Assembly (NCBI GenBank): GCA_976226885.1
Contig: OZ320313.1
Coordinates: 52,576,001-52,640,000, forward strand
Direction: 5' to 3'
Origin: Iphione sp. A-MEVVRFRX5
Lineage: Eukaryota
Length of the DNA: 64,000 nt
The translations under genes were made by a program, and so were the position numbers. Position 1 is the stretch's first letter, and each line of letters opens with the position of its first letter. Under the pieces are notes generated by a model. The model saw only the letters and a list, made by a program, of their open reading frames with translations, did no database searches and was not told the origin of the DNA. Positions 50,445 through 63,039 of this stretch are shown here, in pieces.

Positions 50445-51264
50445 CCGACGGCCCCGCCTAACCGGAGGAGTAGGGGAATCCGAAAATATGTCCGGTTGGG
50501 AGGGGGTCCGGAATGGCGATTGCGCACCATGCGTCCCCTGGTGGGGAAAACTGTCATAATGGTAAAGTATGGGAGCCTATAGTATACTATTGATTATCGA
50601 TCTGTATTGATTTTAAAGGCTTCCCATGCACCTCCTGGTGTGTAAAACTGTCATAATTGTAAAGTATGGGAAAGTATGGGAGCATAATCGATATTCATGG
50701 AGATTGAGGCATATTCCATGGAGAGAGTGTCAAAAACGGCAAATTTCAAGGAGAAAGTGACAAAAAACAGTGAAATTCATGGAGATTGAGGCATATTCCA
50801 TGGAGAAAGTGTCAAAAAATGGCAAATTTCAAGGAGAAAGTGACAAAAATTGGCAAATTTCAGGGAGAATGAAATCATTTCTTTGTTCTCTGCGCTGTGT
50901 TGTGTCTTCCTTTAGTAGCGTCTGGCCTGCTAATCACTCTTATGTAATCATCTCTCACGCTTGTATTTGACTTTGAACCTCTGTTAGTCGCTCTGCGCTG
51001 TGTTGTCTCTACGTTTAGGACCGACTGACGCTATGCACTTCAAACAGACCCCTATCGATTGTCGCGCAGACAAGTCGCCTCCGGTTAAATGGCTGTATTT
51101 CCTATGTTAAATGCTCTAAAATGCAGCTAAATTTCGTCCGAATACGGAAAAGCAGGGTCTGGTTAAATAGTATGATTTTAATAGAAAAAACCTTGGTTAT
51201 TCAAAACCCATCCGGTTATACGATGATTCCGGAAGAGAGGGGTCCGATTAAGGGGGGTCGCCGG
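50445..51264. mobile_element. TA-flanked non-autonomous DNA transposon (Tc1/mariner superfamily-like, CCG termini), 820 bp
   Basis: 22-bp imperfect TIR CCGACGGCCCCGCCTAACCGGA versus reverse complement CCGGCGACCCCCCTTAATCGGA (17/22). TA at 50443-50444 and 51265-51266. Subterminal TCCGG motifs. Internal direct repeats with periods of about 97, 82 and 103 bp. No transposase ORF. Confidence 0.65.
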
Positions 51265-51299
51265 TACACTACATTGTCTGAGAGTAGCCCAGGGTGTAA

Positions 51300-51477
51300 G
51301 GCCTAAACAAAAATTATCTGTGTTTCCGGTAACCCGACCGACCCTAATTTTGGTGCTAATGTAAATTTTTATTTTATTCTTGTTTTATGAATATCTCAGC
51401 AGTGAATTTACCACCGACCTGCCGACCCTACATTTTTTCAGCCTGTTACCGGAAACACAGAATTTTTTTTTTAGGCC
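51300..51477. mobile_element. PIF/Harbinger-type MITE, 178 bp (same family as 806-1466)
   Basis: TIR GGCCTAAA-(A-rich)-CTGTGTTTCCGGTAAC at both ends. TAA at 51297-51299 and 51478-51480. CCGACCCTA sits in direct orientation near both ends. Confidence 0.85.
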
Positions 51478-51556
51478 TAATGGCATACATCTGGTAAGAT
51501 TCGGGATGATTTGTATTTATTTGTTAAATTTCTCGTGAGAGAGGGACAAAGAGAAA

Positions 51557-51560
<4 letters not shown>

Positions 51561-51596
<36 letters not shown>
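51561..51596. repeat. (TG)18 microsatellite
   Basis: Read directly from the sequence. Confidence 0.97.
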
Positions 51597-51598
<2 letters not shown>

Positions 51599-54500
51599 AA
51601 CAACCAGTGCAAGCGCCGAAGGAGATTGTTGTCATAAAACAAGAAATCGTTTTCTCCTTTTCGACAACACTTTCGACTATGGGTCAACCTGTTTTAGATA
51701 AGAGATATGCGATGAGTATGGTATGAATGCTTATGTTTGAATCTTTTATGACTTCACTGCATATACATATTCATGTCACAATGGAATGCAATCCACTAGA
51801 ATAAAAAATCAGACATTGTAAATGCCATTTCGTGCGCAAGAATAGTTATCAGAGTGACAAATCATCTAATAAATTGTTATAATGAGAAGTTGGATGACGC
51901 AAATAGCAGCCTTTCTCCAAGGCCTGTAGCTGTATCGTGCGGGAACTCTTTTCTTATTGTCTGTCTGTAATGCAACATGGCATTGAGAGGTTTATGGCCA
52001 CATGGCTCCTCAAGTCTGAGTCGGCAGATTCTGACAGACATAGAGCACTGGTTTCTATTGAGCCTTGTCATCGCCTTGAACTCTCAAGCATCGGCGGCCT
52101 ATGATTCAGACGGACTGTTGAAAGTTACACGGAGAAACGCTCATCTCGCTGGAGCCGGCCGACCGCTAAACCTCTCAACGATAAAGATATGAAACGTTTC
52201 TATCATATCTCAAAAGTATAGCGGTGTATTTCAATTTTGTTACTGCGCAACAAAGTATGATGCGATAAATGGTCGGTTTGTATGAAGTCTTTTTAGGCCT
52301 GGCAGGACTTCGTGACCATTCCAGCCACGCCTAAGATAAACAAAAATTAAGCAGTTGAAGATCACTGAAAATACATCGGAGCAGGGATCACATACTCTTT
52401 CTGAAAATATCCGTGTATGCGCTACGTTCTAAAAAGTATGTGAACTGCTTTGTAAGCATCCGCATATTCACTCTGTGCTTCGGGCAACTCTTTCATTGCG
52501 ATTTTATCGCATCACAGAGTGATCCTAACATATCAGCAGATTGCCCTTCTGTAATTAATACGTGTCTATCTCTGCTGGTGAATGTTCACGTATGGCGGAC
52601 GTCCTCCACATATATGCCGACTACAATCTGCTCCTAAAACATCCAATGTCTATAGCGTAAGTGGCCGAGCATGTCAACCTAAACGATTTAAGTAACTCTT
52701 GTTTTTATAAGCACGTGAAACCTTTAATGTCGGCTCATGTACTGGGCATATGGCAGTGCTTCACGCGCTGAAAGCCAATTTCAAAATCCAATTCTGCCTT
52801 GTCTTCTCCTTCCTGACACACGGTTTAACATCTAATGCTGCAGAATGAACGCAGCCGTTAGGAGGGCCTCTCTGAAAAGAAGCATCTGAGGTCATGAATT
52901 GAAGGTCAAACTGTGCTCGCCTAGAAAATTATAGCTTTGTCAATCACCTGTCGGTGTAGTAATAGCGTTTCAAGCCGGGCAAACACAACGTGGGGCTCTA
53001 CGTCCTCTCCGCAAAGCCTAGCTGATCGCTCCAGAGTTACAAAACCACAAGCTTCTCCGGTGGAAAACAGGCGGTCGGATCGCCCGTTGGAAACCAGATA
53101 AAACCGTCTAAAAGTTGTGTGCTGAGTTGTTTGTTTGTCAGGGGATATTTCTGAGATCAGCTACAGCGATATGTATGAAATATCTACATTCACGCGCATT
53201 CCATTCGAATATGCCTGCCATCCAAGTGAAGAGTATGTTGCATTTTATTCTTAATTCTCCTGAATAAAATTATCATCTAAATGAAAGTAGACGTAGCAAA
53301 GGTGGTTGTGAATATGAATGAAATTCCCACACGAATGTAATAGAATACTCCATCATACTAGCGTGATATAATGGCTGTAAAGTTATTCCCTTCTGCCATA
53401 GCTCCCGAGATTACTCTCCAGATTACTTTAAAGAAAAACTTGGACCGTGACGAATTCAAAACATGATTAAGGCGGATGGATGCCACTAAGGCCTAGCTCG
53501 GTAATTATAGCATATAATAAATACAATATTTCTAGATGCTTTATAATCATCAGGTATTTTGCCTTACACGGCTATTTATCTCATGATAAATTAGACTCAT
53601 TAACATCTTTAAACCATCATCGTAACAAACACAGATCTCGCTCTATCTGTTACTGGTTTGTAGCGGACGATGGCAACTCAACATTTTCTGCATTGTTTCA
53701 CGTTGAAAGAGACTGATTGTTGCGGTTCTTTTCGGACATAATTGGTATCAAGGGATATCACAGAGACAAAGTTTCCTCGCGGGCCATAAAATACAGCTTC
53801 AATTATGAGGAATTTCCTTGGAGTCAGTGGTTATTATCAAAGAGGTTGGAATGTTCATGTGCGCTTTGACAAAAACAAGATTATAAAGTAAGAAATAATT
53901 CAATACACAAATTCGAAGGATATTATTCAATTTCGTGCAACAAAGAGCCTTCATTAAGCAAAGGCACACGTACACAAATTACCCTAAAGTATGAATATGT
54001 ATTTTTTATCACATAAAAGTATTAGGTTTCAACGTAATTTTATCTGTCATCAATACACATTTGTGGACATATTCTTTTAAACGATTTCCTGTTATTTAAA
54101 AAATGTAATCCCATGCATTTAATGTTTGTTTCCACCCTCTGTTAAAAAATAAAGGATCAGGCAATTCATCGTGACAGATATACAATCGACTGAAATAAAA
54201 CAGCCGTGCTTTTTACGGAGCGTATTTAATCGTTTAGACTTGCAGAAAGAGACAACAAACTGCAAGTCCTAATTAGCACCACGACTAAAACAGAAGAAAA
54301 AAAGAAACGGCCTGAGCATCTTGGCTCGCTGCAGCAACTGAATATGGAATCGGTCTCGGTGGATTACCTCTGAACACTGGTAATCCCCTAGTGAGGTTCA
54401 TTAGGAGGATCATAGCTATTTGTCTCGAGGAAGGATTAGCGGCTTCTTGCCTGATCACACTCGGCCTGCAATATGCAGATGTCTTGAGTAACACGAGGAA

Positions 54501-57239
54501 AAACTAATGGACGTGAGATTCTCTCGCATTGTTTTGTCAGATATGTTCCATTCTCATCACGAGACTAGGGAATGATGTTTGTATGCCCACGTCAAGATCG
54601 TCCTATTTTTTAAAATGGAAATTATCACTTGTGCGTAAGCATAATAAATAAGGACGTAGTAGGGAGGTGTAATTTTCGTCCTTGATAATGAAAAGATTCA
54701 TTAAAAAAAATTTATGTTAGTAAATATGTTAGTAGCTGTTGAAAGTTCCAGCTTACTATATGCCTGTGATTTACGTCACTTCAACGTATGTGTCAATGTT
54801 AATCGACACTTCAGATACGTGTAAATGGCTCTTTAAACCAGATTCCTTTATAACATCTTATTTCAGAGATGAAATGTTACTAGTGTTAATACGAAGCATC
54901 CATAGAGTTCATCTCTCATTTCTCGGACATGTTACCGGCGCGTGTATATGTTTGTGTGCGTGTGGGTGCGTTGTAAGTGACAGTGTGGGTGGGCGGCTGT
55001 GAGCTTAAGGAGAAGGACATGAATATGGAGGACGTTTGGGGGGCACTGTGGGCGGAAAGAAAAGAGACGGCGGTGAAAGGGTCGGCGGCGAAAGAAGACG
55101 GGGCTGATGGGGTGTGGGGAGTCTGTGCCACTCTCATGCAAGATTCACCTCCACAAGGCAAAGGCGCACAACAAGACCAGCAATTTGTTTGTGACACCTT
55201 AGAAGGACGGCAGCTTAACAAGGCGTCGACTGGCGCGCTCCCCTACGGCGTAGAACTGGACCGTCCATCAGGGGCACCTCCGCATGGTCGGCTGGTCGGC
55301 TCGGATCCCACCGTTGGGAAGGCGGCCGCCGTGTTACATGACAACAACAAGTACAGCCGATCAGCCCAGCGAGACCGCCGTGCACCTCACGTCCCGCTTC
55401 AGCACGGTTAGCAGAACAAACCAACATTAGGTCTGCGCTTCGTGTAAGAGTCGCTCCCCTCAAGACACGTCTCCCGATAAGCAAGCCCTCATGCCGCATG
55501 GTTCTCCATGCACTGATGCCTTCTTTGCCTCTATCAAATATTTCAGAAATTCCGTCTTCCAAAAATATTTATCAAGGACTGCGCCCTGGCCCTTTATAAA
55601 CATTTAGGTGCAAACCCAGAAAGCAAGCCCACTTCTGCGTTGACTAATAGCTCTCGCAATCGATAGACTATGAAAATAGAGTGCCTAGCAGAGTATTCTG
55701 ATAGTCCTACCAATATATCGGACAATTAACATCTAATCATGATCATAGATGCGTTTGATATGGTGTGGCTTTTTACGGAACAAGGAACTGAGCGTTGGGT
55801 TTTACTTTTTTTCCCCTTCCATCACGGTTTATTAAAATCCATTCTATGACTCAGTTGCAATCATTGTGTCCTAATGATCTGTTAATTAGGTCTCGAGGGT
55901 CCATAATAATATGAGGCCTATGAATATGCCGTCCTATTTGATAATCAAGCAGTTTGTCACTATGCGGTGGACTTTGTCACATAATACCAGTTACCCTTGT
56001 TGCCACCAGAGGGCCTCGTCGGACAAATGGCGGCCTTGTTGGTGCATATAGATCGGCGAGGAAGCGGGCAGACTTTCCCCGCATAACGCGTGTCGGTGCG
56101 GTCAGAGCTTCCCAAGCATGTATTATAATGTTATCTTACATTTCATTTCCTTTTGGTAGCAGCAACAGACAGTATAGACCTTTAAAGTGTGCTTGCTTCT
56201 TACGTGAGCAAATGTTTATTGAAACCTATTGTCATACCTACATCGTATCCCTCCATCCCCTTATACGTAATGGAGAAATCCATGTCTAGTACAATTATAA
56301 ACGTCAAAAAGTGTAAATTCCCTCATCACTGTGGAAGGCATGAGTATCTGAATGGGTACCCCATCACGACAATGATGATGAATAGCTGCCTGAGGAGTTG
56401 TGGCTGGACATGTTCTGCGTTGTCTGCATGCTCGCACATCACAGATTGGATGTCAACGGTGTTCCCCAGAGCCATTACATGAGGCAAAAAAATGCAGGTA
56501 TCGCCTATGCCATCCCCCCAATAAATGTTTGTTAGGCGGCGCCAGAGAAATACAAATCATAATAAGACTTGTATTTTAATCCGTTAAACGTGCCTCAAAT
56601 TTGAGCAAATTGTTTCTGGCCAGACAGAGGGGAAAATGCCTCAGTCGTTCTGTCATAAAAGAATTAATTTTCAGGGTAGAGGCACTCGTTGGACAACCAA
56701 ATGCTCTTTTTCCCGGGCAGTTGTTGGCTATTTCACAGAGATACGTAAACACTGGTTCCTTTCGAGGCAAAACAGCCCTTCGCCCACCTTATCTGTCACA
56801 CTATAGCTTCCCTGTCAGTTATTTGTATTTATCTTCTAATCTTATTTTTCATAAGATGTAGCATTCCGTTTTTAAGGTGGCACTTTTATACATTGTATGC
56901 AGAGAAATGAATACAGGTATGACTTCTAACCTCCAGACTGAGCCAAAATGAATATTGACCATGTAATGTGCCAGACATACTATGTCTCTCAGTTTCTCCG
57001 ACAGTCTTTCCCAGTTTTCTGACTTCTATCACTATTAAAGGTAAATTTGGCTGGGTCCATCGATGATCTCTTCTAGGGTGGTATTTCGCATTTTCCACAT
57101 TGCCTAGTATTTTCCCCGTCGGCCTTCTGCGTGCCACTCCTGAGGACTAAGCTCTGGCCACTGGACGCAGAGCCCAATTAACCCGCACTCTCGCGGACTA
57201 CCGCGCTTCGCGCGAATTCAGCGCGACGCTGAGACCGGG

Positions 57240-57330
57240 GGTCAATCAGCACGACCAATGGAGCTAATCCCACCAATTAGTCGCGCCCCCTAGTAGCGAC
57301 CGGAGAGTGCCAACATCCACTTCCGGGGCA
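57240..57330. promoter_or_regulatory. CpG-rich island with two CCAAT boxes, TAATCC, CTCF-like and ETS motifs
   Basis: gaccaatgg, ctaatcc, caccaattag, gcgccccctagtag (CTCF core 13/14, minus strand), cacttccgg. Motif matches only. Confidence 0.4.
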
Positions 57331-60300
57331 TACACAGGGGCCTTCGCTACCCATTGCAACTGGCAGTGGACGGCCACCGGCTACAACAACCCCGATGTCA
57401 GTTCCGGGAGGTGACGCTGACGGGCATGGGTCATGGGGGGCATAGGCGGCCCGATGGCGTCTGGCGATAGCGAGGAAGCCCCTGCACGAACAAGAGCGAC
57501 CCTCGTGGAGTGGAGGGCAACTACTCTCTCTAGGCCAACCTGAAGGTAGAAGGAGAGTTCAAGTAGAGAGGCTAATTTTAAGCCCCAGCTTGCGAGGGTC
57601 TGTCAGTATTATGAGGGTGCGTATTTGTAGGCGGGTACTTAACACCAGTTATCATTGATAGTGATCTTTCTCGCTCACTGCTCAAGTGGAATTATCACAA
57701 GTGGAAGGGATCATATGCAGGTACATGGGAAAGTTTGTTTCTGGAATATACAACTCAAAATTTAAAAAAAGACGGCAACATTCACTCGAAAGTATATATT
57801 ACTAGAGGAATACGAGCATGTTATGCATGGTCCAATATGCTGTACAAGGTTGTCATCTCGTAAAAGGGAAAGGGAAGCCGACTTCATGGTTTACCTACTT
57901 ACATGTTATAAATGCAAAAATGAAGGAAGTGGTGAGATTTGCATATTTTCTAGGGGAATATTATAAGAAATAGTATGATAAAGGAAAGCTTCTTGAAAGG
58001 ATTGCAGTGTTTTCCTTTAAAAACAAGTTCTAATCAAGTGCGTGTATTGATTTTATTTAAAAAAAAGAAGTTTCTTAACATTGATGGCTCCAAAAAGGAA
58101 ATATTTGCCAACGTGGATGCTCTTCCTCCGGGAAAAGTTCTTCCCTCGGGTGAAATTGTTCCGCGCAGATTGGAAGTCAAGAAAATTGCAAGGGGAGGAC
58201 GGGACTGTGCCTCTGTTTGAAGGCTGGGGTATGTTTGGCAATGCGCGGGTATGCAGCTTACAGCGTGATTTCATTAAACTTCTCACCGCCGCAAAAGTCT
58301 CTAATCAGCCCACCAAGCAGGGGAATGAGACTGCATCCGAAACGAGGCTCTGGCGCCCTGGAGGAAGAGGGCGTGTGAATGGCAGGGTTTGCTCGGTCGG
58401 ATTAGCCTATGGCCGGGACGCTCGGGCCAAAGTGGATTAGTCCTGAAGACGGCCATTTCGGTAGGAGCTTCGTTATCAGCCCAATGTGGGCCTCTTACAC
58501 AGACATGCATACACACGCCGCATCCTCCTATTCACACTACTAGACGCACTTGCATACGTACAGACTCCAAGGTCGAGCACGTGTATGTGTATAGGCTGAA
58601 AGGTTAACTTCAGCACCGTCCGTCTTTTAGTTGGCTTGATATATGTATAGAATTCCGCCGTTAGCTACAAATACGTGGACGGCTATTGATCTACACATGA
58701 GGTGTCTGCTTTATTTCCACAGAAGAAAAAACTCCTTCTCCTCGTGACACCCGAAGCCTCTGGTGCCGGCTGTTATCAGCCAGGTCTGCACGAAAGTTTG
58801 CCTACAGCTTGCCTTCCCTTCTTCACCGGCATCATTGGACATGACGCTTAAGTATCTCCCGTTTTATTGGTTGCCCGTTCGTTTTGCCGTCATTCATAGG
58901 CTGTTGGTCCTGGCACACATGTCGGACACGGAGACACTGGCCTGTTCTCTGTATTGATCTGGGAATCCGTCGGAAGGGCGCTGTCTCTCTGGCGGAGGTC
59001 ACAAGAACTAATGGAGTGTGACAGCATGGGGGAGCCACACACAGGGATGCTGGCTAACAAACATGGCTGACACTCTCGGGCGCTCGAATACACCCGCTGT
59101 ACCATGGTGCCCTCTGCGGCATGCAAGCCGGAAGTGACATCACGGACCAGCAGTTAATGTGGCGTCCCGTGGGGAGTCGCTACAGGCTGGCCTGTTGGGC
59201 AGAGAGAAAATTGGACGAAAGCTCTCGGAGCCTCAGGCAAAAATAGCAGCCAGACCAGGGTCAACAGATGTAGCTTGTGTTTAGAGCGAATATAATATTA
59301 TATCACATATACATGTGCATGTAATACGTGGACATATTAGCATCAGCTACTGAGATAAGAAAAATGTCACAAATGCAACCGATTACGAAAACGCGGGAAA
59401 TCTACCGGTGAAATCACAAGTCTTTGATTGTGCCTATATGGCACATGTTCATGTGCATGCTGTATACATATGAAATGGGTAATATTTCGGGTTTTGCAAG
59501 AAAGATTGCAAACATTTCTTTGTGATGTATAGGAAACAACCATTCATAAATTTTAATTTTGCAACTTGTGAAAGATACGGATGAGACTTAGTTCATCAGC
59601 GATGGCAAGGAGTTGGGGAAGACGTATAAGATGAAATCACATTGGATTTTTGGTTTTAACCTCAGGTCAGTGCGCCCACACACGCTGCTTGTCCTGCTAC
59701 TACCTCATGGGGCCACTCAGATGCTGAAACACCCATCCTACCGCGAGGCGGTCGAGCAGCGAGAGACATTCAAAATGGCGGCGTCAGGGGGCCATTGCAG
59801 AGGCGGCGTTCTGCATATTTTCATTAGCGCCCCTTGCTAAGACGTGCCCCGGCTCACCTGCCCCGCCTGACCCTGCCTTTACCTGCATTGTTTATCAAAA
59901 GGACGCCACCGGAATGTGACATGAGCAACGAATCCATCGGCAACATGAACCGAGCAAGCACCGCCGACGGGGTTCTCTCCTGTCTGGATAGGTTGAAAAT
60001 GAGAGGCAAAATAAATACTAATGAATATTCAATTCATTCCCAGGGTACTCCATTTATGGACCGAAAAATCTATCATTCTAATTGTTAGATAATTTACCGC
60101 CCAATTAACCCGATTTAAATACGTTAACATTCCCTACGTGGGTCCAGGAATTCGCCTCAGCCATGTGAGAGGAAAAAACTCCTTTATTTAAGTCTGTGAA
60201 GTTCTGAAGCTCATTCTCAATATAAGTATTTTTAAATTTCTCCTGCATAGGAATACGGAAAGAAACATAATTAAAATGTCTCGCCTCCACGCACATGGTT

Positions 60301-63039
60301 TATATCTCCGATGAGGGAAATTAAATCACGATCCACAGTAGTCAATCTTGTTTGAGATTATGCAAGTATAACAGATGGGATATTACTTTGTGCCCAAACC
60401 TGCCATGGGGCATGGTCATTAATGAACATGGCATGGAAGTGATTATATTTCCTCACCAAACAAAGGTGCACGGAGGTGGACACTCGCAGCCTACCTGGCC
60501 TAGTCTTATCTACTCTTCTCAGGTGCCATGTTTGACCATAACCAAGACGGAAGGGGAAGGGGGTCAACGTGGAAGGGGTGGAGGTGACAGCTAGGGCAAG
60601 GGTCAGGGTCGCCTACAAGCCTTCTGATTGGCTGACAGGTCCAGATCGGAGAAGCAGGGGAGGGTGAGTTGAGATGGAGGATAAATGGATTAGTGAAATG
60701 GACAACCTCTCACCTCCGGGGACGTCCGTCTGACAAGCATTGTTGTAGATGCATCCCTCACGAAACCGATGCAAGGAAAGGTGGGGAAGAAGGAAATTCG
60801 AGGTGGGCATTATCAGGGGTGGACAAAGAGCAAAGTTATGAGAATAGTGGCCCGAGTGGGAGGATAATACGAGAAATAACAAGACCGGTGTTATTCCGAA
60901 TGAATAGAAGATACACGCAAAAAGAAATCGATACTGAGATAAATGCTTATGATAAGTGGAAGTTTTAACCTGGAGGTATGTCGAGCGATAAATCACAAGA
61001 TGACATGTTGGACTTCATTTCAAATTGTCAAGAAGACTTACATAAGAAACGTATACATGTACATGCACTGTAAAATAGCAATGATGGCCGCTCTAGGAAA
61101 TTAAACATTGTATTAAGTTTCGTTTTGACTGAAGAAAAGAATCAAATGTCCCGACCGGTATATATGACGTATAACATGTGGAAAACTTAACTCTATTTAT
61201 AGAGAAACTGCAAAAAGATAGGGACATAGATTCAGGGGCGATGGGAGCGATAGACTGCGAAGGAAAACGAGATGAGAGGGTAAGAACAGTTGGAGGGTAA
61301 AAGATGGTGGACTCCCCACCGAGCGAAACATGTTTGCAGTGCCCGCTCACTAGGTGGCATTATTTGGTGTCAGTGCCAGTGTCAGTGTTGAACGGGCGCT
61401 AGGTGGGTGGTTTTACCAAATGTTGAATGAAGCATGGGTGAGCTGCGGCAGGGATGTGGGCAACACCAGAAATGCTACCTGTATAAAACCACACTGAAAT
61501 CTTGAATTGAAAAAATATTTATTCCATCATGTCATTCTGTGTCATCATTTCTAATTTAATCATTCCCAATTTATGGATTTTTTTTATTAGATCAGGAGTC
61601 TCTTTGTTAAAGCGTGAATAATATTTCAAATTTGCAACACTTCAAACTAAAGGCATGCAGAAAACGAAAACACTCGACAAAAACATGTAGAACATGCAAT
61701 CAGGGTTTGTTCGGTAAGTCAGGTATGCCTTTACCGCTGGCACCTGAACAGACAGATATCATCACCAAATATTTGTTGCGGCTCTCCATGTTGAGACCCC
61801 ACCCCCGCCAAACTATTGCATATCAGCGCCCTCCTGAAAGAATGACACGAATGCAAAGAATGACAGGCAATCCAGCCAGCGCAAAATAAAACCCCAAAAC
61901 AAAAATAATGGCATGATTCAGTTCCTCAAAAGTTTCTCATATAATTCATGTCCTCGACCCTGCAAGATAAAACTGTACACTTAAAAAGATCGTCTTTCAA
62001 AAGGCAAAGGTACTGAAATTCGAATGTTGAGAAATTCGTACAGGTTGTACATGTAGATATCGAAAAAATAGAGAAAAGACTATTGAGAGTCTTCTTTTTG
62101 ATATTTGTGGTCCCCTAAAGATTTGCGTGAATTCCTGTAAGTATAGATTGCCTTGCTTGGTGTACAAGTGAAAACATCCCCAAGGATACTGTCGTTGCTG
62201 GCCTCCCAACAGGGAGAACGACCGCTCTTCTCGCGCAATGAATGACTCGCTGAGTGACTCACATAGCCTCCAGAAGCTAAATAAAGTCGTCACCAATGGG
62301 CTCCAGATCAGAACCAAACGACCTTTTCCCTAGGCAGAAACATGCTGGAGAATCCCTTGGGCTATGACGACAGCGGTTTACTGGAAGAATACCTTCTGGT
62401 GTTAAGGACGGTACGTCTAGTTTGGCCAGTCTCTCGGTTGGTTAGAAAATCAGTCCTTGCTGAGAGTCGGAGGATAAACAAGATAGCATTTCTAGGAATA
62501 GCTACTGCATACATGCCTACATTCTTTACATTGTGAAAGAAAATTCTGAATGCCCTTACGAAAGCAATCATTACCCCGGAAGTAGAATGGGTCTGAGTAC
62601 AAAGCTAAGGTCACAGACTAACAACAGTGGCAGTTAACGTCTGAAGATTTGCCGACTGATCAAATACGTTCACAACAATGAACTGGTCACTAAAAACTGT
62701 GGGACGCCTATTGCTACTACGCATCTACTCTATCCTTAAGTGTACCCGCAGGCACCTGTCTCGAACACTCGATGTCAGCGACGTTAACCAGCTCTAACAC
62801 ATCCATCAGACATTATCAATGACGGTAAGAGGCATATTTACTAGACAGTCTACGTGCAAAACTACCAGCGGCGAAGTCACCTTTCCGGACACTTTTGGGG
62901 AGTGAGGAGATAAAAACAAATCGATCCTGAAGGCGTTTGTCTCCGAGATTAGCGGCGACTGCGGCTGATGAGGGCTCCAAACGCAGTGAGTCAGAACAAG
63001 TTGGCAAACGTCTTGGAAGACCTAACCAGATTAACTGGA

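Noticed and set aside
50693-50870. Regularly spaced direct repeats as a possible CRISPR-like array
   Set aside because: These are tandem duplications without unique spacers, inside a eukaryotic transposon; no cas genes.
52296-52331. 36-bp GGCC...CGCC mini inverted repeat
   Set aside because: Flanks are TTA and TAA (not a duplication), and it is too short to distinguish from chance.
54977-55411. 144-aa plus-strand ORF
   Set aside because: No recognisable domain; starts at a GTG in low-complexity GC-rich sequence; overlapping ORFs on both strands suggest a compositional artefact.
58611-59115. Partial REST/RE1-like motifs (TTCAGCACC near 58611; reverse GCACCATGGTACAGCG near 59095)
   Set aside because: One has only a half-site and the other needs an insertion; not canonical.
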